The notes below the pieces were generated by a model that made no database searches, had not been told where the DNA came from, and was given only the letters and a program-made list of their open reading frames with translations. This document shows positions 27,586 through 41,599 of a DNA stretch of 42,409 nucleotides, in pieces. Position 1 is the stretch's first letter, and the number at the start of each line of letters is the position of its first letter. A program made the position numbers and the translations under genes. Source of the stretch: Paraphysomonas bandaiensis (taxonomy: Eukaryota; Protista; Chrysophyceae); the NCBI GenBank assembly GCA_965644295.1, contig CBFFRP010000131.1, forward strand, positions 1 through 42,409. The letters run 5' to 3'.

Positions 27586-28097
27586 GTTGAGTGTGTTGGT
27601 TTGTTATATAGAGGTGGGTGTACTTGGAATTGTTAAGAGTTGGATTCTGATTATGTATGTGCGTGTATATGTATGCAGGGATGTGTATATGTATGTATGT
27701 ATGCATAGATATGTATGTTGTGATGTGTTGCTGTGTGTGTGTCATATCAGTGTACCTATAGCGGTACATCAATACTATGTACGTATGTATACATACTGCT
27801 GTGTTCTGGATCTGTACTGCCATAACACTCACTCAACATACGGTTGTATACGGCTGTACTCGACACTGGTTTAGATACTCCTCTGTATATGCATCCGTCC
27901 ATGTGGTCTACATATGGCATACATCGTACACCGTACCATGTACCTGTGTACTATACTACACTGTATAGTCTGCATATAGAGAGTGTGTATGTACAGAGAC
28001 ATCATCAAACTGCCTATGCATACATTTCATTGCATCCCACTTGCATCCAATTTCATATCTCCACACCAGTTAGTGTCTATCTTCTAATAATTTAGAT

Positions 28098-28783
28098 ATG
28101 GTGAGTTTAAGAGATGATTTTATTAATTGAAATGATTTGTTTTTGTGTAGATTAACTTTATATTACTCGTAAGTCGACAAGGGAAAACAAGACTTACCAA
28201 ATGGTTCGTGCAAAAGGACGCTAAGGTATTGAGACAACCGCTTATGTGGGGTGTATAATATGTGTGTAGGATAAAACGAGATCAGTCAGGGAGCTCACAG
28301 CTCTGGTCCTCTCGAGACCCCCCAAACTATGCAACTTTATCGAATGGCGCGACAAAAAAGTCATTTATAAAAGGTATTTATATAGATGTATGGAGGTATT
28401 ACTGCACACTAAGTCATTACATTAGATACGCATCACTTTATTTCATTGCTTGCGTTGATAAAGAAGATAACGAGCTTATTACCCTCGAGAAGATACATCT
28501 ATTTGTCGAAATTCTGGATAGATACTTCGGAAACGTATGATTATGATTAACAACTTGACATTCCTTATATCTTTTACATATTTAGGTCTGCGAGCTGGAT
28601 ATTATTTTTAACTTCCATAAAGCCTACTATATAATGGATGAGCTCTTCATTGGGGGATACTTGCAAGAGACATCGAAAGCAGAGGTGCTTCGCATATGCG
28701 CTGCAATGGACGAGATGATGGATGAATCCAAAGAGGAAGGTACTACACCGGGGCGGGCTAATGCATCTAGACCAGGACGATAG
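28098..28783 (+). CDS. AP1S: AP-1 adaptor complex sigma subunit
   Basis: ATG-only first coding exon, then [86 protein letters not shown] and LQETSK. Confidence 0.93.
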
Positions 28784-29645
28784 AGAAGTAGTGTGGTGTG
28801 TCTGTGTTTGGAGTTGATTATGGAACGTTACTTCTGCTGGTAATTAAGTAACGAAACTTGCTATGCCTGACTTCAACACTATTTTCATTACACTGCTCTT
28901 TTTTTCGATAAGTATGTTGCTTATATATAATGTAATCAGTATAATTAACTTACTCAAACAAAGTATATGTACGTAGTAGTACTGCTAATTGAACAGTGAC
29001 AAGGAGTTGGAACACTTAGAGTACTAGTAATGTTGTAACCTCTACTAATAATTAGTTACTACTGATCAAGCTCATTTCTTCTTCTTAGCACCCAATATAT
29101 ATCAATAAATTGCAACATATTTAATAATTATTATTGGTCTTGAAAATATTATTGTTACTATATTTTATTTTTGCTTGCAATATATTATTGACTGGCCCTG
29201 TAAATTATGGAACCCCCAATAAACAGTTGGACATATCCTATCCAACTACACTTACAATATAGTACTTCTAGACAGTGAAAGTAATAAATGAGCATGTAGA
29301 AGCAGTATTGCTACAAAAGAAATGTTGAATAGATTTCGTTAGTACTTATGTACATATGGATGTGTCGCATACATTGTTGTATTATTATCCAACAATTGTA
29401 CTTTTTAGCTTTCATTAAAGATTGCTACTTAGTGGAAAACTTACTCTGCCAATATTCCGAAACGAGAAAGACAAAGCCTTGTACTTATCACGAAATTTAC
29501 GAGGATCAAAAATTATAATTTTACTTCTTATAATTTGGCGCCTAAAGTATTAAAAGTATCGTTGCCAGATCGATCGACGAGGAAAACAAAACTAGCTTGG
29601 GCTGAAACTGCCCCAAAATATCACCCTGAAAAGAAGAATTTGGAG

Positions 29646-30644
29646 CTAGTCATCAGCATTATACTGAAGCTTGTTATGAACAAGAAAGGAGCCCATAATA
29701 AGTTGTGTGACTCCCAACACTACTCCATTCGCTAGCTTTGTTATGACTTTAAAAGTCTCATCCATCATATACATCTCCGCCACAGTTCGAAGTAACAAGA
29801 GAAGGTAGAAAGCCGCAAAGGCGCCCAGAGCTCTCTCTGTTCGGCGGCTCATAGGCTGTTTCGATAGATATACCGTTGCAAAGGCCGCAACCAAAACAAA
29901 ATTCAGTTGGCTAGTGAGATTAATAAGAGACCATACATCAGACTCGGAGAGAGGAAGAAACACCAAGCAGATATAGCTGTATATCACAGCGGAAATATAA
30001 GTTACATTGCATATCATAGCCAACAGATCCATTAGCTGGAAAAGACCATCGTGATTGATGTCGAATATGAACCAGTATCCAGGTTTCTTGCGGGGATCCA
30101 TTTCATGTGCCAGGTACGACTTCGTAAGGAAAAGAATAATCAATCTGGTAGTTGCTGCGATACAGTCCACAACATTCGAAACATCCATGAAGTTGTTATA
30201 CCACAAAACAATGTCGACAATGATTATCACTGAGTGCGTCACTCCAATAAAAGCGCACAATCTATCCACAATATTTATTTTTCCATCCTTGTCAAAGTCA
30301 AAGAACAAACCCTTCTGTGAGGTTCCAGAAGATTGACCAGTATTATACATGAATGCAACACTATACACCAGCGTGACGAGGGTTCCAGTGACCTGCGTTA
30401 GGGGTATCGTATACTCAATCAGATTCTGTAGAGGCTCTTTACCCACAATCATATAATACAAATGATAAGCAAACACACTAACAGCTGCAAGAGATAATGA
30501 TAGAAAGATAAATGTTAATAACCATGCAGTGAAGTCGACTATGTTTACTTTACCATCTCCACTTAAATCCATGAAATACTTAATGCGACAGCACATGTTT
30601 ATTAATCGAGAGAACGTAGGCTTAGATTTTGATACAGGCTTCAT
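29646..30644 (-). CDS. Intronless membrane protein (about 8 TM) with three EF-hand-like Ca-binding loops
   Basis: 332-aa ORF; loops DLSGDGKVNIVD, DFDKDGKINIVD and DINHDGLFQLMD each precede a pair of hydrophobic helices. Confidence 0.8.
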   Translation of the reverse strand: MKPVSKSKPTFSRLINMCCRIKYFMDLSGDGKVNIVDFTAWLLTFIFLSLSLAAVSVFAYHLYYMIVGKEPLQNLIEYTIPLTQVTGTLVTLVYSVAFMYNTGQSSGTSQKGLFFDFDKDGKINIVDRLCAFIGVTHSVIIIVDIVLWYNNFMDVSNVVDCIAATTRLIILFLTKSYLAHEMDPRKKPGYWFIFDINHDGLFQLMDLLAMICNVTYISAVIYSYICLVFLPLSESDVWSLINLTSQLNFVLVAAFATVYLSKQPMSRRTERALGAFAAFYLLLLLRTVAEMYMMDETFKVITKLANGVVLGVTQLIMGSFLVHNKLQYNADD

Positions 30645-31640
30645 GGTTAAGGGCTGTAGGTTACAGTAGATGTCATGTTGGTTTAGTTACTGATAGATGG
30701 ATAGTGATCAGCAGCTTAGTGGGATAGTTCAGAAGAGGCAGTGGATGATCTGCCTGTATGTGTGTATGTGTGTATGCATGTGTATGTGTGTGTATGTGTA
30801 GATGTGTGTGTGTTTATGTATATGTATGGGGACATATGGGTCAGTATGTTACAGAGTTCTGTATCCAATCAGAAGTAGTATTGAGTACATGGTTGGCTAC
30901 AAGTGGAAAATAGCCTTCAAATGGAAAGATATCATACGGCCGGATACACCAGTATCCAGTACCATATACATGCAGTACACATACTATATACGGTTACTGT
31001 CGGCCATGATACTGAAGATATATCTGCTGCTGCATGGAATGTGCTGAGAAGAAAAGGATATGCAGACGTTGTGCTATCCCTTCAACAGTACGGTATTCCC
31101 GGCAGCACAGTTAGTGCATATGCTACTATAACAGTGCATCAGGGATTGTGATATGCCAGATGATAGTGAGTCTATGCTGTAAGTATATCATTGCTTATGT
31201 TTATAGGTACTAAGTAGTTAATTACCGATCGTCGTTATATTATCTTTATCACCAACCGCTACTCCTGTAATAGAATCGATTTCATTCGGACATTCGGACT
31301 ATTGAATCATCATTTTCTAGGGATTACCTCTTGAAACTCCAGACTCGCTTTCTAGAATTTAAGAGTTGATAGTAAATCTTAATCCTTAATCTTACTTCAG
31401 GTTAGGATCTATTGGTAGATTGGTAGTATGTTCACCAGATAATCTTGTAGTAAATCTAAAGAGTGACATGTTATTGAATTTGGTTTAGGGAGCACGCTGG
31501 TGAAAGAACTACCTCATTGTTGGAAAGAGTATACACTATCTATTGGCATATACAATTTTCTACTGCATGAATAATTATTGAAGAAAATTCTTAATCATTA
31601 ATTATACAAAAACACTTGACTCGTACTAAACACAGTGCCA

Positions 31641-33694
<2,054 letters not shown>

Positions 33695-34096
33695 ATTGTT
33701 AATGGGATATATATGTGTGTGTGTGTGTAGTGAGGTGGTTGATATTGAAGGTACATACAGGAGTATGTGAGAGCTGCAAGTGAAGGTAGCATGTGTCGTA
33801 TACGGTATACTGCTGTATGCTGTATGGAGATATGGATGCATGTATACTGCTGTTCTATACGTATATACACATACGCTGCTTCAAGTACTGCTGTACATAT
33901 TGCTGTCTGTATATTCAAGTACGTACGGAATACCGTCCGTAGATCCTATTCAAACACACATTGTGCTCACAGGCAACAACTTCTCCCACATATCTCCTGT
34001 CCAAACAGCATTAAGATGATTAATTCCTCAGGTTTTCACCTAGCTAGCCATATCCTCAAATCTGAGTTTCATTAAATCTTCATTGCACAATACTTA

Positions 34097-34582
34097 GGCC
34101 GTTCCTTACGGTGGGTAAAAAATAAAAAATGAATTTTTTTTTCTTGCTCTTCCCGTTCCTTACGGTGGTCAAAAAAAAAATTATTTTGGATCATGGTAAG
34201 AAATGATTTCATTTCTTTCCAACATACATGGTATGGTAAGAAATAATATTGCGGCCTATATTAGGAACCTCGAGTCATATTATTGTTATCACGAGTTTTA
34301 CCAAGTCTATGTCGAGTAGGCTGAGCGCTTGTTGTGATTCAAACGGTGTCCTGGAACCAGCATAATGCATCCAATATATCTACATATAACTTTTCAATAT
34401 ATATGGCATGAAACCCCCTTTTCTTTACAAAACACAGGTTTTTGACAGTTTCTCCTATAGAAATGGGTGCTTTCATCATGTGTATGTTATCTTTTTTTTT
34501 GACCAACCGTAAGGTACGGTGTGTTGAGAATGCGGAAGAAAAAAAATTTCATTTTTTTTTTACCCAACCGTAAGGAACGGCC
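34097..34582. mobile_element. PIF/Harbinger (Tourist-like) MITE, 486 bp
   Basis: TIRs GGCCGTTCCTTACGGTGGGTAAAAAA... / ...TTTTTTACCCAACCGTAAGGAACGGCC, flanked on both sides by TTA (34094-34096, 34583-34585). The TIR core recurs subterminally at both ends. Confidence 0.9.
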
Positions 34583-34917
34583 TTAGCCAAAGTCAAGGAT
34601 CTTTAGAAACTTCAACTAACATTCTGGATGTATTGGCAGTATTCTCGAATACTACAGTGTGGTGTTGTCTTTTATACACGGGCTGTCACCTCATATCCGT
34701 ACCGGATGATTGTCCGGTCACGGAGCATGAAGATCCGTTTTACTGTATATTTGTGTGAAATTTCTTCTTGTCGCCAGATGTGTATGTATGTATGTATGCA
34801 TGCATGTATATGTATGTGTATATGTCCATATATAAGATCAGAACTATATGCTACATCAGAATACTCCCATCTCCACTGTACATATTCACTCATTTATCGA
34901 TTGCTCTGAATACGGGT

Positions 34918-35642
34918 ATGCCAGACAATGTATCAAATGCCGCGTTGTCTTCTCGATTCAAACTCCGTTTCCTGGGAATGAAATGGCGGTTTTTACGACC
35001 TGAATTAGAGAATGAAACACTTCCGCCTCTTAAACGAGTTCCAGATGCTGAAGTACTTCAACAACAAGAGTCTATTGAACAATCTGTTGTATTGGATACG
35101 TTTGAGAAAGGGTTAAATCTTAGTCAGTCTGTGTCAGTATCAATGCCGGAAGATTCTATGGGGAGTGTGGGAATCGGCAGTAGTTTATATCAAGGAATTA
35201 TATCAGAAATTGATTCTGAATTTACAGAAGATGATATCGTTCTCGGTATTCGAAATATGCAAATGTTTCGTAAGCAATGTGCTGCAGTTGCTGGTCCACC
35301 CTCAACAGCCCGTCCACCTTCCGTACCAACCAAAGCGCTTGCTTTTAGTCCACGTCCACCTGAAGCAGTGAAACCTACATCGGCAACTGCTTCGACAGCC
35401 CGTCAATCTAGAGCCAGAACCACATATAGAAAGAAGATAAAAAAGGAGAAATCGCTTACCCTTATACAACAAATTCAATCCCTAGAGATCAGCAAATGCT
35501 TTAAACAGTAAGATTATATTTATTATGCATACATGTACTAATATTTTGCAGTTATGCTTTAGAGAATGGGCACCGTGTACCCGAATGTGTGAAGGAGGTC
35601 GACGTTATGTGTATTTCTCCTGGGAATTCTAAGTGTCAATAG
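34918..35642 (+). CDS. Hypothetical protein, largely low-complexity (2 exons)
   Basis: Long ORF (34768-35511) with likely ATG at 34918; a GTAAG...GCAG intron near 35508-35551 continues in frame to ...KHYALENGHRVPECVKEVD...CQ*. Confidence 0.6.
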
Positions 35643-37416
35643 CGTAATGTTGATATTATCTGGTAGAGTATCTCTTCCACTTTTGTATTTAGGTATATAT
35701 ATTGTTTATTTTAACTTAACAGCGCTAATGAAATATATATGAAAGTAAAATATCTTAAATGTTATAAACGTAATCCTGAGCCATCCTTGGTTGCCACCAC
35801 AGGGGATACCATTTGCTGTGTTCATCAACAATATTGTTGCTAAGCAAACCAACTTTTGTAAGACATCATAGCTAGTATGAAAATACTACATTCAACATGA
35901 TATAAACATAGTTTCTTTCAATGGGGTTAAAAAAAGAGCTTGCATCTTTCACGGCACAAAGTTCTAATACCAATTGCAATAATCAACTTTTCTGAATTGG
36001 GTTCGAACAGAAACAACTATCTATTATCTTAGTTTCTTCTATCGTTTATTGATATTGACAGTCGTTTGAATGTGACTTCATTTTATTACACTATACAGAC
36101 AATGTCCTGCTTAGCAGCATTATGTTTGCTGCACTAACAGGTTAAGCGTGGCTTAGAAAAATGTGATAATTACGCCTACGACAACAAGAAACCTCATGCG
36201 GCTACAACTTTTACACATTAATCATTACATTTATGTACTAGTTTCATGTTTCAATACAACATCGCAGTTGAATATTTCATACATTACCACACTGATGTAC
36301 GAAGTTCAATACCTTACACCCTATTGTGGTAGGAATGCGTTCATCTTAGGGATAAAGGGTATCGTCTTTGCCCAAATTTAAAACTTTTAAGTGTAGGGCG
36401 AATAGCCTCCTTATACCTTATAGCCCTCGTTGTATAAATATATCCATTTATTATTGAGCTAGACAGCATTGAAGTGCACGCGTACTACTTACTACGCCCT
36501 AAGTCTCCACATACTTGTTATCACGCACTCTCACTGTCTATTTATCACCCCTTCTCTTACGTATCACACATACTAAATTCTGACTGCTAGACAATATAAA
36601 CTCTCTCTGAAAACGTAAATATTATTAGCGTTTTATACTGACAGTACTATCGATCTATATCAGCATTATAATTTACGATTTCCCTATAGAATTATGTATA
36701 CCACTAGCACAACAGAGAAGGAGACATCACAGAGAACAAGTGGAAACTAAACCTAATCGCCAAATAGACTGAACAGAGAAGTAAAGAATTAGCACACAGG
36801 AAAAGATCAATACTCAATTAACAAAAATAGTAACAAGAATACAGTATGAGGTATAACAGTCAACCAGAGGAGCTTCCATATGCTTCTAGTTACCACTGAA
36901 GCGTCATCATCTATAATAAGCACTGTGTCCCATAGTGGTATGAGACATATGACTGTAGTCTAGACTAGTCGTATGGTTAAAACACTGCTGAATAAGGAGG
37001 TACTTAAAGGAATATGCATCTAGCCCATCCAGTATCTATATATAGAGTACTATGTATGTATGTTACTGTAGCATGCAGCATGCAGCAGAGGTGCATGTAC
37101 ATAAGTATGCATAGCTATGATATGTATGGATCGACCAATCAAATCAACGCATGGACCCTCCTACCCTCATCATCCTATAGGTTTTCACTCATCATCAGCA
37201 GTATTCTTTTACTTATTGACGAATCACATCCCACCATCTTCACTTCTTCTTCTTCTTCCTTCGTCTTTGATGTCAGCGAATTCGAATCTAATTCTGTTCT
37301 CTTCTCTTCTATCTTTCACTGCAATAGAAGTAACACTGACACACTCATGCTACATACTACTGAGTAAAGTACAGTAGAAGTCATATGAAGGTGAGCTTAC
37401 GTGTACCACTCTTCCA

Positions 37417-37462
37417 TACATACGTACATACATACGTACATACATACATACATACATACATA
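37417..37462 (+). repeat. (CATA)n microsatellite upstream of the 37542 gene
   Basis: CATACATACGTACATACATACGTACATACATACATACATACATACA. Confidence 0.9.
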
Positions 37463-37541
37463 CAGAGTCCATTAAAGTATATATGCTACTGTATACTGCT
37501 ATTACATAACCAACCCAGACTATTATCATCTTATATGTACG

Positions 37542-38747
37542 ATGGAAGGAGACAACGCTCTAGTAACGGGTGGAGAATCAGTCCTTATGGCTGTATACGG
37601 CGGCTGTAGTTTAATATCAATGGCTTTCTTTATAATGGGAGTGTTAGGCGGGTTCCCAGAGAGAGATCTCGTTGAAACATTCGCCTGGGCAACTGAGAAT
37701 GATGTCAGTGATGTATCTGACTCGACATCGTTCGGTTTAACGAGAGCATGCACTGTAGGGGATGCAAATGTATGTTCAGCCTATAGTAGTTGTGATAACT
37801 CTTTCTGTGAGGGATGTTATGATGCAGGAAGTACTGCACTTGCATTTAATGTATTAGGGATAGTGCTCTGTCTGATGTCTCTTGGATTGAGTTTATTTCC
37901 TGGGGTTGGAACTGTTAAGCTTGGTGGTGTGGAGTTATGTACAGCGACAATGTTTTGTGGTATTATCAGTTGCTCTGTATTTTCTTGCAAATGCTTTGAG
38001 CACTTAGATCGGACTAAACGCGAGCATGGGCCAGGTTTTATTCTGACTCTTGTTACAATATTCTTGCAAGCTGCTGGAATATATGCGAATTGGCTTTATA
38101 CAAGATTAGCTCCTCCTGCTCCTTACGAAGGTACATCTGATCCTGGAGTTCTTTCTTTGGTCAAGACATCAAACTGTTTAGCAGTTGTTTTCTACTTAAT
38201 CGGAGCACTTGGTGCGGTTACTACACCTAGGACTGTTGAGGCGCTGAGATGGGCTAGCAATGGCAGCATGAATCTTGGACTGATGGCTAAATGTGACAGT
38301 GGCAATTGTACAATGTACAACCACTGTGGAAGCCAAATGTGCTGTGGCAATGCAGGAGTTGCATCGCTGGTTTTCAATGCTCTAGGAGGTTTATTTTGTT
38401 TGCTTTCTATCAACACGTCCATTCAGCGTTTGGTGATAGATACTCCAGTGCTTAATCTTCTAGGGACAGGCTTTAGTGCTGCTGCTGTAACATCTGGGGT
38501 GCTAAGTCTTTCAGTATTCTCCTGTGGCTGCTACGAAGAACTCGACCCTGACAAGCGTTCCTTTGGAGCAGGGTTCGCTGTTACTATCGTGGCAATGTTT
38601 CTTTCTACTCTTGCTACATGGAGTCATTGGATATACCGAGGACCCGGACTGGCGAATACAAATGGCATTCCTCAAGGAGCTACAGGATCTCCCAGTGGAA
38701 TTTCTCTCGAATCCGTGAATGCAAAGATGCCAGCCGACTCTGTGTAA
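37542..38747 (+). CDS. Intronless membrane protein with two tandem claudin/PMP22/amastin-like 4-TM domains
   Basis: 401-aa ORF. Both halves share WA...GL...C...C...C..AG...L.FN.LG...CL+S and SVFSC.C[FY]E.LD..KR..G.GF..T.V..FL. Confidence 0.75.
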   Translation: MEGDNALVTGGESVLMAVYGGCSLISMAFFIMGVLGGFPERDLVETFAWATENDVSDVSDSTSFGLTRACTVGDANVCSAYSSCDNSFCEGCYDAGSTALAFNVLGIVLCLMSLGLSLFPGVGTVKLGGVELCTATMFCGIISCSVFSCKCFEHLDRTKREHGPGFILTLVTIFLQAAGIYANWLYTRLAPPAPYEGTSDPGVLSLVKTSNCLAVVFYLIGALGAVTTPRTVEALRWASNGSMNLGLMAKCDSGNCTMYNHCGSQMCCGNAGVASLVFNALGGLFCLLSINTSIQRLVIDTPVLNLLGTGFSAAAVTSGVLSLSVFSCGCYEELDPDKRSFGAGFAVTIVAMFLSTLATWSHWIYRGPGLANTNGIPQGATGSPSGISLESVNAKMPADSV

Positions 38748-39294
38748 AGTGAAGCCGAATTTCATATGTAACATCTTGTGTATATTCTCAGGATTTTTAT
38801 ATTATTTTAATTTAGTTGTGGAAAGAGCTGTCAGAAAATGTAATGAATATAAATTGTTGTTTGAATTATCAAAGCACAATGAGGGCTCATAATAGCGTTA
38901 TGACTTATTCAACATTACTTGTAGTGCAACGCTATTATTTCACCTATATCATTACCTCTATAACTTTTGTATGGTTAACAGTACATCTCACGTGAAAAGT
39001 TAATGAGGGAACTTTATATTTTTTATATTTCTATAGCACAGCGCAAGTGGTCTCTAATTAGCTATTTTTTTTCATTTTAACGTCTACCCACATGTATACT
39101 GGTGTGAGTAAATGGGTGATACGTTTACTATTTAGAAGGTGGGTTTCTTTGCAGATACAACAAGGCTTATGTCATAATCAGATATTTAAAAGGGTTATGA
39201 CATCTTCTTACCGTTTATCAAAAATCGAACTGACTAGACAAAAGAATAGACGCTTATGTATGCTACGGTAAGTCCATCTAAGTCACTATGCTAT

Positions 39295-39915
39295 CTACAC
39301 CGTCATTTTTCTATTGTGTCTAACAATGTCCTCATCCCTTTCAAAGTGCTGTAGCTTAATGAACTCCGCTCCTTTCAATCTCTTTGTTTGTCTTCCACCA
39401 TCCGGACTACGACGAATTCCAGACAATGATAGTCGGCCGTCATGACTGGAGTCAAAATCATCTGACTCTTCGTCTCCGTATTCCGAATCCATGAGATCGG
39501 AAAGATCATTTTCACTTCGCTGAGAGCTACGCTTAATAATAACCATAGCAATCGCAGCGACAAGCAGAGAAATAGCAATAACAAGCATGCCTGTAGAGAA
39601 TTCAAGATTAGATATGTTGTGGCTGCCTGAGTTAGATGAAGACGATGAGATTTCGTACGACGGCATGTTTGTAGGAAGTTGTGTTGGGGTCATTGATGCT
39701 ACAGATTCATTTCCTGTAGTGGAATTGACAGTTGTGTTTGTAGAATTTACAGTATAAATTTGCAAGTATTGAAGCAAATCGACGTCTCCAACAGCTATTT
39801 CGTTCATACCAGCGTCTCTCTCGCCTGTTTCCCTCTGATGAATATCTCTCTGTGCGAGTGATGAGCATATGGCGCTCATGACCACTACTATAAATACGTG
39901 TATCTGCAGTAACAT
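39295..39915 (-). CDS. Type I single-pass membrane protein of unknown function
   Basis: Signal-like MLLQIHVFIVVVMSAICSSLA, Ser/Thr/Asn-rich ectodomain with N-x-S/T sequons, TM GMLVIAISLLVAAIAMVII followed by KR, and an acidic tail. The start codon is uncertain. Confidence 0.7.
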   Translation of the reverse strand: MLLQIHVFIVVVMSAICSSLAQRDIHQRETGERDAGMNEIAVGDVDLLQYLQIYTVNSTNTTVNSTTGNESVASMTPTQLPTNMPSYEISSSSSNSGSHNISNLEFSTGMLVIAISLLVAAIAMVIIKRSSQRSENDLSDLMDSEYGDEESDDFDSSHDGRLSLSGIRRSPDGGRQTKRLKGAEFIKLQHFERDEDIVRHNRKMTV

Positions 39916-40531
39916 ATAACACACAGCATATACATATACATACAACCATTACCTTCATCAGTATGCTTCTGGTGATATATAATAACGGGATATAGTGATA
40001 TATAAGGGGGGGGTGTATGTGACCAGCACTGACCCTGAATTGGAGTGCAACATCTCTATCTACACCGGGTCAATGGTCAATGGTCAGTTCAAGGGTCATT
40101 GAATTAATGATTGAGGTTGATGCTGTCATGGGTCAGTTAATGATCTATACATGTATACATATATATATAAGTGTGTGTGTGAAGCTTAGCATCTCCTCAC
40201 TTTAATGCTACATATCTACAGCACATAGTCATATGTATGCTAAATATATGGAATATTCCTGTCTAGCCGAGCATAAAAACATGGAGTTTATACGAAAATA
40301 TTGGATTTTATGGTAATTCCCCCACTGTATTTAGAACAGCCAATGAGAGATGGTAGAATGTGATGAACAGTGTCCTATTTGTCCATACATACACTATAGA
40401 TATGTGTGTACAGCTCAACCAGACTATACATACATGCATACATGCATACATGCATACATGCATCAGTCAAGTAGTTAACAGTTCAGTGATCTTCATAACA
40501 CTATAAACACCCCATACATACATATATAATC

Positions 40532-41599
40532 ATGGATATATTATCAAAAGGTAACCGCGGAGTTGGTATCATGGATTTTAAAACAACACAATCTGATATT
40601 CCTTGTCGATTGTTTTATCCCTCTATTTCTAGTAGTGGGAAGGGTGGGAATGTTGGGTGGTTTGTGAGGACATTCGAGTATTTTATAGAGGGATATTTAC
40701 TGTTTCTGTTTCCTAGTTGGAGAGATGCGATATATCGCTCATGGATAGTGTCGCTAGTTGTATGTATTGTATCATTCATATCTCCGGATGCTAAGAGGGA
40801 TCTGCCTTACTGTACTCGAGATGCTACTCCTGATGTATCTGTTAAGGACCACCCTCTTATTGTATACTCTCATGGGCTTACTGGTAGTGGGGAGGAGCAT
40901 GCACTTATGTTTGCTCTATGGGCCCAACAGGGATATGTTGTTGCTTGCATCCATCATTGCGATGGTTCGTCCTGCAGTGTACCTCGACGAGATTCACATC
41001 TCCTTTACAAACATGCAGATATGAAAAACTACGACAAAAACTTCCGTCCAAATCAAATTAAGCGAAGAGAAGCTGAATTATACGAAATGTATTCTTTTGT
41101 GACTACAGATGAATCTGTTCCTTCAGTTTTGCGCGATGCGGTGGATACGTCTCGGGTTGTCGTAGCAGGGTTTTCATACGGTGCAGCCACTGCTGCTTTG
41201 TCATCAGTTAAGCGACCTGGAATATATTCTGCGTGTATTTTGCTGGACGGATGGTTTCATATAGAAGTTGGTGATGGGTTCGACTTTCCTGCGGAAGCAC
41301 ACTCTGCTGGACTGAACATACCGGCACTCTTTATTGGCAGTGAGCAATTTTCCAATCGCGCCCCGCTATCTAGCGCCACTCATAAGTTGGCCAAGAGCAA
41401 CAAACATCACTTTCCATCGGAATTTCATGTTTTAGAAGGTAGTAAACATCAGAACTTTACTGATGTAGGTTATTGGTTGCCAGTGTGGCTGCTGCGTTAT
41501 GCTCGAGCTGTTGGACATTGTGACTACCACGTCACGTATAAACGCATCTTTAATATTACGTGTGATTTCCTTCATCGCCATACCAAACGGGCTCTATAG
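40532..41599 (+). CDS. Platelet-activating-factor acetylhydrolase-like alpha/beta hydrolase
   Basis: RLFYPS, PLIVYSHGLTG, GYVVACIHHCDGS, nucleophile GFSYG (GxSxG), ILLDGW and HQNFTD; 355 aa, intronless. Confidence 0.88.
   Translation: MDILSKGNRGVGIMDFKTTQSDIPCRLFYPSISSSGKGGNVGWFVRTFEYFIEGYLLFLFPSWRDAIYRSWIVSLVVCIVSFISPDAKRDLPYCTRDATPDVSVKDHPLIVYSHGLTGSGEEHALMFALWAQQGYVVACIHHCDGSSCSVPRRDSHLLYKHADMKNYDKNFRPNQIKRREAELYEMYSFVTTDESVPSVLRDAVDTSRVVVAGFSYGAATAALSSVKRPGIYSACILLDGWFHIEVGDGFDFPAEAHSAGLNIPALFIGSEQFSNRAPLSSATHKLAKSNKHHFPSEFHVLEGSKHQNFTDVGYWLPVWLLRYARAVGHCDYHVTYKRIFNITCDFLHRHTKRAL

Noticed and set aside
27548-28095. Several ORFs rich in Y/H/T/I/M/C/V
   Set aside because: Translation artefacts of CATA/TATG simple repeats.
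37014-37377. ORFs around a (CTT)n tract
   Set aside because: Low complexity, with no supportable start or splice structure on either strand.
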